Of a stretch of 64,000 nucleotides of DNA, positions 36,238-45,612 are shown piece by piece. The notes under the pieces were generated by a model. That model was not told the origin of the DNA, made no database searches, and saw only the letters and a list, made by a program, of their open reading frames with translations. The stretch covers positions 32,428-96,427 of the forward strand of contig CAYITD010000002.1 of the NCBI GenBank assembly GCA_964366325.1, given 5' to 3'. Source of the stretch: Candidatus Woesearchaeota archaeon (GTDB lineage Archaea; Nanobdellota; Nanobdellia; Pacearchaeales; GW2011-AR1). A program made the position numbers and the translations under genes. Each line of letters begins with the position of its first letter. Position 1 is the stretch's first letter.

Positions 36238-36675
36238 TTAATCTAACACTTCAACAAGCCCTTTTCTAACTCTCTTTTCCAATTCACACCTAGTAGAATA
36301 TGAAACTAAGCCGATAGATAATACATATATAGAGCCAAAAAGTAAGAGATCAGGATCCGACTTCATGTCCCTAGGCCTTAAAGAAGATTCATAACCTCTA
36401 ACTTCTCTTGCTAATTCAGCATCAGATGTTAAATCATTATGTTCCCCAATATTTTGTCTTAATAACTCTCCAGATTCAGAAGTCCGATCATCCGATAGAT
36501 TTAATGACTCATTAGCAACATAATTCGTCAAATTCTCTCTAAGTTCAACATATCTCTGAGCCTTAGGACCGATAAAAGAACTCGAGCTCGACTGAAGCAC
36601 TGTATAAATTCCCCCAATAGCACTACCAAACAAACCAGCCAACCCACCAACACTAATAAGTAAATTCCTATTCAT
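36238..36675 (-). CDS. Hypothetical membrane-anchored protein (145 aa)
   Basis: N- and C-terminal hydrophobic segments; no family recognised. Confidence 0.35.
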   Translation of the reverse strand: MNRNLLISVGGLAGLFGSAIGGIYTVLQSSSSSFIGPKAQRYVELRENLTNYVANESLNLSDDRTSESGELLRQNIGEHNDLTSDAELAREVRGYESSLRPRDMKSDPDLLLFGSIYVLSIGLVSYSTRCELEKRVRKGLVEVLD

Positions 36676-36777
36676 CTAAACCATCACAAAATTATGTTTT
36701 TAAATTTATAGCTAAAAATTGCAACATTATCCAAACAGACTATAAAACATTTAAAACCCACGCATCTATCTGATTTT

Positions 36778-38499
36778 ATGGAAAAAGAGCTGTTAAAATT
36801 CATAAGAGAAAATAATTTATCTCCTTTTAATAAAAATAAAACTCCTGTGAAAAATGAATCAGAAAGTATATACAAGACAAAAGATGCAAAAGCAATCCAT
36901 AATAAACTGCTTTCAACTTTATCATCAAAATTCTACTTCTCAGACACTTCAAATTTATTTAATTTCTTTTCCTCATTTCCAAACTCAAAAGAAAAAGAAG
37001 AAAGGCAAAATTTCTTTGAAAAACTAAAAGAAAAAATAGAAAACAATTTTCTTAATGAAATCAAAGAACCAAAAAGATGGTGGAACCATAAGTATAGTGT
37101 TATAGCCGTAACAGAAGATGAAAAAACATTTAACGAATTACAAAAAAAAGGTTGCCCAACACGTTTTCTAATAACTCCCTCAGATCTGGATTCCTTAGAA
37201 GATTATGATATAGTGCAAATAATAGATTGTGAAGGTTTCTCCAGAATGTTAGAAGGTTTACCACAATCTGTATTCATAGATTCAGTAGATGAAGCCTATC
37301 TTGAAAGACATCTAAAAACTCTATCTGGATGGACAGAAAACATAAAAATACTAAAACAAAATAAAACAAATAAAGAAATATTATCTATAGTAAGTGAATT
37401 GGAAGAATTATCTCCTTTACTTGATGATGGTAAAGCAAACAATATAAAAAAAGAAGACGTAGAGTCAAGTTTAATCGAAATAAACAAAGAGATCTCTTCA
37501 GAATTAAAAGGACTAACAGTTTCTGGAGAATCTCTGTATACAATGTTAAGCAAAAGTTCCCTGCCTGATGAATTAAACAAAATTATTGAAAAAGTCATCT
37601 CTAATTCTAAAATGCCTGAAAACTTATTCACAAGAAGTATCCCTGTTTCTATTGAAGAAAAAGAATTAGAAAATTTAATTAAAAGTCAAGGAGCAAAAGA
37701 ACACACAAACACAGCAGAAAAAATAAAAAGAAAAGCAGAACCATTAAGAAATTCGCCTAAAAAATTACAAGACCTTTCAGATCATTTGTTACTTTTTGAT
37801 TTCCTTTCTGGGATATCAAACTTCACATCTGAAGAAAAAAGTTTTCCTGTAAATTCAAACGAAATAATAATAGAAATTTCGTCTAATTTATTTTTAGAAA
37901 ATGCACAACCTATTTCATTTAGTCTAAATGATGAAAGCAGATGTTCAATTCTAACGGGAGCAAACAGTGGAGGAAAAACAACTCTGCTTGAACACATAAT
38001 TCAATTGATAAGTCTAACAAACCTGGGTCTCAGAATATCTGGAAAACTAAAAATGCCTGCATTTTCAGAAATATATTACTTTGCAAAAAACAAAGGAGCA
38101 GCAAACAAGGGAGCATTTGAAAATCTTCTGCTCCAAATGTCAAAAATAGAAGCTGGTAAAAATACCCTAATTCTAGCAGATGAAATAGAATCAGTAACAG
38201 AACCAGGAGTTGCAGGAGCAATTGTCTGTGCAACTGCAGACTACTTCATAAAAAAAGGCTGTTTTCTTGTTATCGCAACTCATTTAGGAAAAGAAATACA
38301 AAAAAACCTCCCAGAATATGCCAGAATAGATGGAATTGAAGCGAAAGGCCTTGATGAAAACTATGACTTGATAGTAGACCATAATCCAGTTCTAGGAAGA
38401 TTAGCAAATTCCACCCCAGAATTAATTATAAAAAAAATGGCAAACTCACACAAAGGAGATTACTTAGAATTTATATACAAATCAATAATAAAGGATTAA
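36778..38499 (+). CDS. MutS-related ATPase (MutS domain V only; archaeal MutS-like, no Smr)
   Basis: ILTGANSGGKTTLLEHI (Walker A), LILADEIESVTEP (Walker B) and ATHL; the N-terminal ~370 aa are unassigned. Confidence 0.7.
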   Translation: MEKELLKFIRENNLSPFNKNKTPVKNESESIYKTKDAKAIHNKLLSTLSSKFYFSDTSNLFNFFSSFPNSKEKEERQNFFEKLKEKIENNFLNEIKEPKRWWNHKYSVIAVTEDEKTFNELQKKGCPTRFLITPSDLDSLEDYDIVQIIDCEGFSRMLEGLPQSVFIDSVDEAYLERHLKTLSGWTENIKILKQNKTNKEILSIVSELEELSPLLDDGKANNIKKEDVESSLIEINKEISSELKGLTVSGESLYTMLSKSSLPDELNKIIEKVISNSKMPENLFTRSIPVSIEEKELENLIKSQGAKEHTNTAEKIKRKAEPLRNSPKKLQDLSDHLLLFDFLSGISNFTSEEKSFPVNSNEIIIEISSNLFLENAQPISFSLNDESRCSILTGANSGGKTTLLEHIIQLISLTNLGLRISGKLKMPAFSEIYYFAKNKGAANKGAFENLLLQMSKIEAGKNTLILADEIESVTEPGVAGAIVCATADYFIKKGCFLVIATHLGKEIQKNLPEYARIDGIEAKGLDENYDLIVDHNPVLGRLANSTPELIIKKMANSHKGDYLEFIYKSIIKD

Positions 38500-39038
38500 G
38501 GAAAATATTTCTTTAGCTCCAATCTTATTTTATCTAAACATCCATCTCTGGAAATGTAAGAAAAACGAGCAATAGGCCTACAAGAATTTTCAATTTCCTC
38601 TACAGCACTTGAAACATAACTCTCCCTGTCTCTAGGCCAAAATAACAAAAAAGGTCTCTGACAACAGTCCACCGTAGCAAGCATAGAACCAAGAGGCTTA
38701 CTTTTTTCAGTAAGATGGACCAATACACCTTTAGATTTATCTATTTCATCAATAGCAGCGTCAACCGAATCCTCAAGATCTCCCCCATTATCTCTAAATG
38801 TTTCATGAGGAGAATAACCTCTTTGTCCATAAACGGCTGTAGTAATATCAAGGACCCTATCATGAAAAGAATAGTGTTGCACATCGTTAGGTTGACAAGC
38901 CAAGACAAATTTTGGTTTTTTTCCAGAACCACTCATCAAAGCTGGCTTAACACTTGCACCTTTACTAGCAATCGCTCCTGCAATCTGCCCCCTAAGCTCA
39001 TCTAAGCGCTGGTCTCCACCAAATTCCTTTACAGCCAT
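38496..39038 (-). CDS. Hypothetical protein (180 aa), visibly more GC-rich than its neighbours
   Basis: The ATG at 39038 gives MAVKEFGGDQ.... It shows an alternating beta-alpha pattern (KFVLAC..., KGVLVHLTE..., FLLFW...). It converges on the MutS-like gene with a 4-nt overlap. Confidence 0.4.
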   Translation of the reverse strand: MAVKEFGGDQRLDELRGQIAGAIASKGASVKPALMSGSGKKPKFVLACQPNDVQHYSFHDRVLDITTAVYGQRGYSPHETFRDNGGDLEDSVDAAIDEIDKSKGVLVHLTEKSKPLGSMLATVDCCQRPFLLFWPRDRESYVSSAVEEIENSCRPIARFSYISRDGCLDKIRLELKKYFP

Positions 39039-39126
39039 AAATAAAAACAAATTACCTTATTTTTATTCTTTTCTGTGTTGAAAGCTAAATGCCCAGATTT
39101 ATAAACAAAAATCTCTACAAAATTAA

Positions 39127-40005
39127 ATGCGAGTCAAATACATATTTTCATCAAGAAAAACCTGGATGGCCAGATCTATGCCTACTAACAGACATAAGAA
39201 AGCAATCCCAAAAATAGTAACAGAAGTAATAAAAATCTCAGACGTAGTGTTAGAAATCCTAGATTCAAGATTTATAGAAAAAACAAGAAATATAGATGTT
39301 GAAAACCTGATAAAAGAACATGGGAAGAAAATTATCTATGTAATAAATAAATCAGATCTTGTAAATAAGGATAATCTATTACTCGAAATAAAAAATAGCA
39401 CGCTTTATCCTTATGTTCTTATATCTTGTAAATCGGGTTTGGGTGTTAAAGAATTAAGAAATAGAATAAAAATTGAAGTTAAAAGGTTAAATATATTGGA
39501 CGAACACAAAAAAGCACATATAGGAGTAGTCGGTTATCCAAATACAGGAAAAAGTTCTCTAATAAACATTCTAACAAGAAAAGGTTCAGCAAGGACTTCT
39601 GCGCAAGCTGGATTCACAAAAGGTATACAAAGAATAAAACTTACAAAAGATATACTCATTCTTGATACTCCTGGAATAATTCCATTAGATGAAAACTCAA
39701 CCACAGAATTAAAAGATCTGAAAAAACACGCAGAAATAGGGGTAAGAACTTACGACAAAGTAAAAAACCCTCATTTCGTAGTTTCTGAGATAATGAAAAA
39801 CCATCCAGGTTTATTAGACTCATTTTACAAAATAAATTCAGAAAACGACCCTCAAATACTTTTAGAAGAATTAGGAAGAAAAAAGAACTTAATACTTAAG
39901 AAAAATAAAATAGATCTAGACAGAACAGCAAGACTAATCTTGAAAGATTGGCAAAAAGGAGACATCAGAGAAAAAGATAATGTCAAAAAGTATGTTATGG
40001 TTTAA
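39127..40005 (+). CDS. Circularly permuted GTPase (YlqF/RbgA/Nog2-like ribosome biogenesis GTPase)
   Basis: G4 (INKSDL) precedes G1 (GYPNTGKSSLIN) and G3 (DTPG). The start may be the internal Met at 39166. Confidence 0.75.
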   Translation: MRVKYIFSSRKTWMARSMPTNRHKKAIPKIVTEVIKISDVVLEILDSRFIEKTRNIDVENLIKEHGKKIIYVINKSDLVNKDNLLLEIKNSTLYPYVLISCKSGLGVKELRNRIKIEVKRLNILDEHKKAHIGVVGYPNTGKSSLINILTRKGSARTSAQAGFTKGIQRIKLTKDILILDTPGIIPLDENSTTELKDLKKHAEIGVRTYDKVKNPHFVVSEIMKNHPGLLDSFYKINSENDPQILLEELGRKKNLILKKNKIDLDRTARLILKDWQKGDIREKDNVKKYVMV

Positions 40006-40240
40006 AGCAAAAAGATATGGTTGGGGTTGGTATCCCTCTAGTTTAGAAGGTTGGCTTGTTTTAGGCCTATATGTCATTCTAGAAGTTTCGTCTTTTATAA
40101 GAATAGATTCAAAATCTCATTCAGTAAGTGATACTTTGATTAATTTTATACCTCTAACACTATTACTTTCTATCATTCTCATTCTAATTTGTTATTTAAA
40201 AGGTGAGAAACCAAAGTGGAACTGGGGAGACCAACTCTAA
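39980..40240 (+). CDS. Small membrane protein (86 aa)
   Basis: Two TM helices; overlaps the GTPase 3' end. Confidence 0.35.
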   Translation: MSKSMLWFKAKRYGWGWYPSSLEGWLVLGLYVILEVSSFIRIDSKSHSVSDTLINFIPLTLLLSIILILICYLKGEKPKWNWGDQL

Positions 40241-40308
40241 AGCATATTTTTCAAACTATACCTTGCTAAACAACAATAATTTAAATAATGGATTAAGGTA
40301 AATAAAAA

Positions 40309-41058
40309 ATGAAAAAGTTACTATTCCTCTCTATAATTGTACTATCTTTTCTAATGATGGGTTTAGTCAGCGCATCTTCTAGTTTTGACTGTAAAAAGCA
40401 ATGTAATTTCATAAAAAGCATAGATACTAAATCATGCAACACAGAATATTCTTTTTGTAAAGATAACTGCGAAAGCTCTTCCTGTAGAAGAAATTGTTTT
40501 GAAGAAAAAAAAGTGTGTATAAAAATAGTTGCAAGTTCCTTATCTTCATGCAACACCGATTGTCTCTATAAAGACAAAAACATCACTTGTGAAAAAGGAA
40601 AATATAACGCAGGAGAAACCTTCCTCAAAGGATGTGAAAGCTGTTCTTGTGACTATAAAGGAAAAATAAAATGTAAAAAAACAGATTTCTGCAATTTTAA
40701 TAACGTATCAATTGAAAAAGAGACCTGTCTTCAGTCTGGAGGATTATTCCAAGCACTATGCAATGGGCCATATTTTGACGTGTTATGTAGCCAAGAAAAA
40801 TATTGTCTTTGCAAAGGTAACAATAACTATTCCTGTCCATCAAATTCTCTATGTATAACGAATTTCATCCCGCCAAATAAAAGAATTCATACAATAAATG
40901 GCTGGAGAAGTCTTCAAGGTTTTCCATTAGGAAACATAGGAATATGTGCTAATCTTCCTGATATTCAAAGTTGCGGTAACGGGATATGTGAAAATGTTGT
41001 ATGTAAAAACTGCACCACTGCTGAAACCACTTTTAACTGCCCAACAGACTGTCAATAA
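40309..41058 (+). CDS. Secreted cysteine-rich protein (249 aa, >30 Cys)
   Basis: Signal peptide (MKKLLFLSIIVLSFLMMGLVSA) followed by dense CxxC / CxC spacing. Confidence 0.5.
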   Translation: MKKLLFLSIIVLSFLMMGLVSASSSFDCKKQCNFIKSIDTKSCNTEYSFCKDNCESSSCRRNCFEEKKVCIKIVASSLSSCNTDCLYKDKNITCEKGKYNAGETFLKGCESCSCDYKGKIKCKKTDFCNFNNVSIEKETCLQSGGLFQALCNGPYFDVLCSQEKYCLCKGNNNYSCPSNSLCITNFIPPNKRIHTINGWRSLQGFPLGNIGICANLPDIQSCGNGICENVVCKNCTTAETTFNCPTDCQ

Positions 41059-41088
41059 CTTTAAATATCAATTTCCTTTGTATTAAAA

Positions 41089-41307
41089 ATGAGAAAAGAG
41101 GTCATTGAAAAACTTGCTACACTAATTACAGCAGCTTTCGGACTTATTGCAGCCTTAGCTTGGAACGAAGCAATTCAATCAATTTTTAAAAAAGTATATG
41201 GTGAAGCGTCAGACATCTACGCCATGATTTTCTATGCTATAATTGTAACGATCATAGCCGTAATGTTAACAATTTGGATTGGAAAAATCTCTGATAGAAT
41301 AAAATAA
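41089..41307 (+). CDS. Small two-TM protein (DUF5654-like)
   Basis: AAFGLIAALAWNEAIQSIF followed by a second TM; the family assignment is from memory only. Confidence 0.4.
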   Translation: MRKEVIEKLATLITAAFGLIAALAWNEAIQSIFKKVYGEASDIYAMIFYAIIVTIIAVMLTIWIGKISDRIK

Positions 41308-41308
41308 A

Positions 41309-42055
41309 ATGTTAAGCATAATTTCTTACTCGATAATAAGTGTTTTTATAGTAAGTTTAATTTCTTTTATAGGTGTCTTTACATTAAGCATAAAAACTGA
41401 AAAGTTAAAATCTTTCCTTATATACATGATTGCATTTTCTGCAGGGGCACTTTTAGGCGATGCTTTCATACACCTTTTTCCAGAATTAATTGAAAAAGGT
41501 TTTACATTTACAACTTCTCTATACGTTCTTGGAGGTATAGTCTTATTTTTCATAATAGAAAAATTCATCCATTGGCAGCATTGTCACATGCCCATTTCAG
41601 AAGAACACAGACATCCATTCGCATACACAAATTTAGTTGGAGATGCAATTCACAACTTTCTAGATGGAATAATTATCGCTTCTTCATACATAGTTTCAAT
41701 CCCAACAGGAATAGCAACAACTATTGCAGTTATAATGCATGAAATACCTCAAGAGATAGGAGACTTCGGAGTTCTTCTTCACGGAGGGTTCACAAAAGGA
41801 AAAGCCCTTTTGTTAAATTTCGCTTCAGCATTATTCGCAATCTTCGGTACACTATTAACTTTCGCACTCTCTAATTCAATAGAAAAAATAGAAACAATCT
41901 TTATACCTATTGCAATTGGCGGTTTCATCTACATCGCAGGCTCAGATCTTATTCCTGAACTCCACAAAGAGACAAGAATGAGAAAGTCGTTATTACAGCT
42001 AATCTTCTTCATAATAGGAATACTTGTTATGGCTGCTTTGTTGTATTTTGAGTAA
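41309..42055 (+). CDS. ZIP family divalent-metal transporter
   Basis: HNFLDG and HEIPQEIGDFGVLL signature motifs; 8 TM. Confidence 0.85.
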   Translation: MLSIISYSIISVFIVSLISFIGVFTLSIKTEKLKSFLIYMIAFSAGALLGDAFIHLFPELIEKGFTFTTSLYVLGGIVLFFIIEKFIHWQHCHMPISEEHRHPFAYTNLVGDAIHNFLDGIIIASSYIVSIPTGIATTIAVIMHEIPQEIGDFGVLLHGGFTKGKALLLNFASALFAIFGTLLTFALSNSIEKIETIFIPIAIGGFIYIAGSDLIPELHKETRMRKSLLQLIFFIIGILVMAALLYFE

Positions 42056-42113
42056 TTAACTACCTGATCAATAAGCCCATAATTTTTTATATTCTAAATT
42101 ATAAAATAACCCT

Positions 42114-42650
42114 ATGGTAGATGAACTCGTTGAAGTGGTCAATGAAAAAGATGAAATTGTAGGGAAAAAGATGAAATCAGTATGTCATTTAGAGGGTATC
42201 TGGCATAGAATATCCTGCGTGATTTTATTTAATTCTCAAGGAAAAATATGGTTACAAACTAGAAAAAAAGGAAAGATAAGTGAAGGTCTTCTAGATTACT
42301 CAGCATCAGGACACATAAAAGCAGGCCAAAATTATGAAGATGCAGCTTATAGAGAATTAAAAGAAGAATTAGGAATTAAGACAAAATTAACTTTACTTTC
42401 TCTCAAAACATTATATGGAAAAATAGACATTGAAGGAAACAAAGTTAGACATGCTTTGAGAGTTTATCATGGAAAAAATGATGGCCCATTTAAAATTCAA
42501 GAAAGTGAGCTTGAAAAAATTGAAGCATACGAACTCGATAAAGTTAAAGAACTAGTCAAAGAAGATTCTAAATTAATGACTGAAGGGTTAAAAGTGGGAC
42601 TAAGTGATTTTTTAGGAATAATCCGTAAAAAAGTTAAACCTCAATCTTAG
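42114..42650 (+). CDS. NUDIX hydrolase
   Basis: Nudix box GHIKAGQNYEDAAYRELKEELGI. Confidence 0.8.
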   Translation: MVDELVEVVNEKDEIVGKKMKSVCHLEGIWHRISCVILFNSQGKIWLQTRKKGKISEGLLDYSASGHIKAGQNYEDAAYRELKEELGIKTKLTLLSLKTLYGKIDIEGNKVRHALRVYHGKNDGPFKIQESELEKIEAYELDKVKELVKEDSKLMTEGLKVGLSDFLGIIRKKVKPQS

Positions 42651-43392
42651 AGAAAAAGTAACTTCCCACTAATAAGACAACGACAGCTGAAATACAAAGC
42701 ACAATTAAATCTAATCCTATGCCAAAATGAGAGACTCCACCTAAGGAGAGTCTTAATCCATCAACTGCATAAGACATGGGGTTAAATAGGGCAATCAATT
42801 TTATAGCAGTAGGAGCTGAATCAATAGGAAAGACTGCCCCAGAAAGAAAGAAAACAGGCATTATAATGAAGTTCATTATCAGAGGGAATGCCTGCATATC
42901 TTGCACTTTACTTGCGAAGGCTGTTCCTAGTGCAGTAAAAACAAAAGCAAGAAGAAACATAAAAACAAAAAACAAAGGCAGATATACAAAACTAGTAGGT
43001 CTAAACCCGATTAGTAAAGTAATTATAAAAAGAACAATTCCTTGTATTAAAGCTACACTAGCTCCGCCTAAAGTTCGCCCCATAAATATACTCAATCTTG
43101 AAGAAGGAGAAACTAAAGTTTCTTTTAAGAATCCCAGTTGTCTATCCCAAATAACTTCCATTCCAGAAAACATCGCTGTGAACAAAATGCTCATTCCAAT
43201 TATCCCAGGAGCCAAGAACTGAAAATAGTTTCCTGCGCCTGCTTGTTGAAAAACAGGGCCTAGACCGAAACCCAAAGCAACCAAAAACAAGACTGGTTGG
43301 GCTAAAGATCCTACAATTCTAGATCTGGTTCTCCAATACCTTATCAACTGCCTTAGCCACATAACATAAACCGCACTCATCTTACCCCCCAT
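42634..43392 (-). CDS. ABC-2 type transporter permease
   Basis: 6 TM with an ABC-2 layout. The alternative ATG at 43380 makes an ATGA overlap with the ATPase gene. Confidence 0.8.
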   Translation of the reverse strand: MGGKMSAVYVMWLRQLIRYWRTRSRIVGSLAQPVLFLVALGFGLGPVFQQAGAGNYFQFLAPGIIGMSILFTAMFSGMEVIWDRQLGFLKETLVSPSSRLSIFMGRTLGGASVALIQGIVLFIITLLIGFRPTSFVYLPLFFVFMFLLAFVFTALGTAFASKVQDMQAFPLIMNFIIMPVFFLSGAVFPIDSAPTAIKLIALFNPMSYAVDGLRLSLGGVSHFGIGLDLIVLCISAVVVLLVGSYFFSKIEV

Positions 43393-44204
43393 GATTTTGC
43401 AGCTTCCCTTACTCTATCAATAGCCACTCCACCTTCCTCACGCATCTCATTTCCTGTCAGTTTCAAAAATGCTTCTTCCAATGACTTAGTTTTTGTTTTT
43501 TTCTTCAAATCTGCTGCAGTTCCTGTAACTTTAAGCTTCCCATGATCAATTATTGCTATCCTCTTTGCGTACTTTTCAGCTTCATGCATATAATGGGTTG
43601 TAAAGAAGACAGTCATTTTCTCTTCTTTATTTAAATTTTTTATATAGTCCCACATCTTGTTTCTTGTCTGTGGATCAAGGCCAAGAGTAGGTTCATCTAA
43701 AAATAAAATTTTAGGATGGTGTATCAATCCTCTAGCAATCTCTAACCTTCTCTTCATTCCTCCTGAATAGGTTTTAACAAAATCATTTCTTCTGTCCCAC
43801 AGTTCAACAAGTTTCAATAAATGGACAATTCTCTCTTCCGAAAGATTTCTTGGCACATTATATAAAGAAGAATGAAATCTAAGGTTTTCCAAAGCAGTAA
43901 GCTCGTTGTCCAAACTAAAGTCCTGAAATACAATTCCAAAAGCAGATCTTGCTTTATGCTGTTCTTTCAAAGGATTAAATCCATTAATAAAAATCTTTCC
44001 AGATGTTGGTTTAAGAAGAGTAGTTAGCATCCTGATTGTCGTTGTCTTCCCCGCTCCATTCGGACCCAAAAATGCAAACATCTCACCTTTTGTAACGTTA
44101 AAAGAAACGCTGTCTACTGCTTTAACTTTTCCGAAATCCTTTGTCAATCCCTCAACTTCTATAACATATTCATTTTCTTTTGAACTCATTTGAGTATCGG
44201 ACAA
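43377..44204 (-). CDS. ABC transporter ATP-binding protein (DrrA-like)
   Basis: GPNGAGKTT, YSGGMKRRLEIA and LFLDEPTLGLD. Confidence 0.9.
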   Translation of the reverse strand: MSDTQMSSKENEYVIEVEGLTKDFGKVKAVDSVSFNVTKGEMFAFLGPNGAGKTTTIRMLTTLLKPTSGKIFINGFNPLKEQHKARSAFGIVFQDFSLDNELTALENLRFHSSLYNVPRNLSEERIVHLLKLVELWDRRNDFVKTYSGGMKRRLEIARGLIHHPKILFLDEPTLGLDPQTRNKMWDYIKNLNKEEKMTVFFTTHYMHEAEKYAKRIAIIDHGKLKVTGTAADLKKKTKTKSLEEAFLKLTGNEMREEGGVAIDRVREAAKSWGVR

Positions 44205-44263
44205 ACAATATATTTAAATGTTTTGAGCGATCATTTTATAAATATATTTTAATTAAGCTTCAA

Positions 44264-44812
44264 ATGGAAAAAAAGAGTTCGATTTTTAAAGTTGTAATGT
44301 CGCGTGTCTGGTCTTTACTCCTATTCTTCATTGTTTTAATAGTATTGAGCTTCATTTCATCAAATCTAAAATTCTCTTTCTTCAAAAACATCTACGAACT
44401 GCTATATTCAAGCACTTTACTAATTATAGGCCTAAACATTTATTTTATTCTTGGTGGTGTTTTTATGAGGATAAAATTTCCTTTCAGCATGGCTTCTCCA
44501 ATATTCAACGCTCCAGGAGCCGTCTTACTAACAGAGTTTATAATAAAAATAATGCATTTTATGGATAACTACATTGTTGGGGAAGTTTTTTCTTTCTTAA
44601 CACCTATAGAAAATAACATAAGATTCCTAGTCTATATACTTACAATAGTGATAGGATATATAATTGTCATATCTGAAATAGAAAATAAAGAAGATTTATC
44701 AATGAAAGAAGTCAAAACAGAATTCAAAGAGAGCTTCTCAGAATTCTTCTCCAAATTCAAAAAACCATTTAAAAAAGAAGATAAAAAACCGAAAGATAAG
44801 AAAGAAAAATAA
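44264..44812 (+). CDS. Hypothetical membrane protein with Lys-rich tail
   Basis: ATG at 44264 (MEKKSSIF...), 4 TM, C-terminal KKEDKKPKDKKEK. Confidence 0.45.
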   Translation: MEKKSSIFKVVMSRVWSLLLFFIVLIVLSFISSNLKFSFFKNIYELLYSSTLLIIGLNIYFILGGVFMRIKFPFSMASPIFNAPGAVLLTEFIIKIMHFMDNYIVGEVFSFLTPIENNIRFLVYILTIVIGYIIVISEIENKEDLSMKEVKTEFKESFSEFFSKFKKPFKKEDKKPKDKKEK

Positions 44813-44962
44813 ATTATGAAAAAACAGGTTTTACTAATTTAACGCCTCTACGAATCTTCAAACTAAAAATAGCAAAATCTAAAACAACCAGAGATTTTAT
44901 TATAAGTGTACGCCATTTATATCTCCAACAGGAAAACTGAAAAAAGAATAAATGAATATATA

Positions 44963-45162
44963 ATGTTGAGAGAAGATATAAAAGAAAAACTGGATAGACT
45001 AAAAGAAGAACCAAGGAGATCAAACAGCGCTCATCCACTTCATGGAAAGCTTAAAGGGAAATGGGCAGCTGGCTAGGCTCAAATATTAGGTTGATATACA
45101 TTATAGACGACTCCAAAAAAATAATTTATATAGACTCTGTAGGATCACATAAATTATACTAG
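44963..45162 (+). pseudogene. RelE/ParE-family toxin remnant with a frameshift near 45066-45076
   Basis: Frame 1 reads MLREDIKEKLDRLKEEPRRSNSAHPLHGKLKGKWAAG*. From 45070 another frame reads WLGSNIRLIYIIDDSKKIIYIDSVGSHKLY*. Together they make a RelE-like L.G.L.G.W..R.G..RLIY.ID....I.I..VG.H pattern. Confidence 0.55.
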
Positions 45163-45386
45163 TATTTTAATTCCCAAGCTTTTCCTTTCTTTCGGTTTCT
45201 TTCACTAGCCTTTATCTGAGCCATTAGATCTTTATCCTCTAGTATCTCCTTCTCTTCTAATTTTCTTATTTTATCTCTTATTGCTTCTCTAATAAACTCT
45301 GTCTTGGTCATATAATTATGTCTTTTCATAACCTTATTTATAGCATTCATGAAATTCCCTTCTATCTTTAAGCTTACATTTTCCAT
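45159..45386 (-). CDS. Ribbon-helix-helix (CopG-like) protein
   Basis: VSLKIEGNFMNAINKVMKRHNYMTKTEFIREAIRDKI is an RHH pattern. It converges on the RelE remnant with a 4-nt overlap. Confidence 0.65.
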   Translation of the reverse strand: MENVSLKIEGNFMNAINKVMKRHNYMTKTEFIREAIRDKIRKLEEKEILEDKDLMAQIKASERNRKKGKAWELKY

Positions 45387-45612
45387 ACTACTTTATACTA
45401 CTTAATAGTATTTAAATATTATGAACTTCCAGCATGGTTAATCCTTAGGATTAACACCTCCCCGCGATTATTTAACCTTAGTTTAAGAGTCTCACGAGAA
45501 AATTGAGTTGTTTGTCGACGATAAGATTTTTCCATCAAAAAAGTTAGTTTTCAAAAATTGGTAAATTTAAACTTTGCAAAAATGAGCAGTTAAGTGCCCT
45601 CGAAGTAACTAA

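Noticed and set aside
45419-45535. 38-codon minus-strand ORF (MEKSYRRQTTQFSRETLKLRLNNRGEVLILRINHAGSS) upstream of the RHH gene, spanning the GTTAATCC-TTA-GGATTAAC palindrome (45437-45455)
   Set aside because: No recognisable family, very short, and it overlaps a perfect hairpin that is more likely a regulatory or terminator element. Evidence is insufficient to call a gene.
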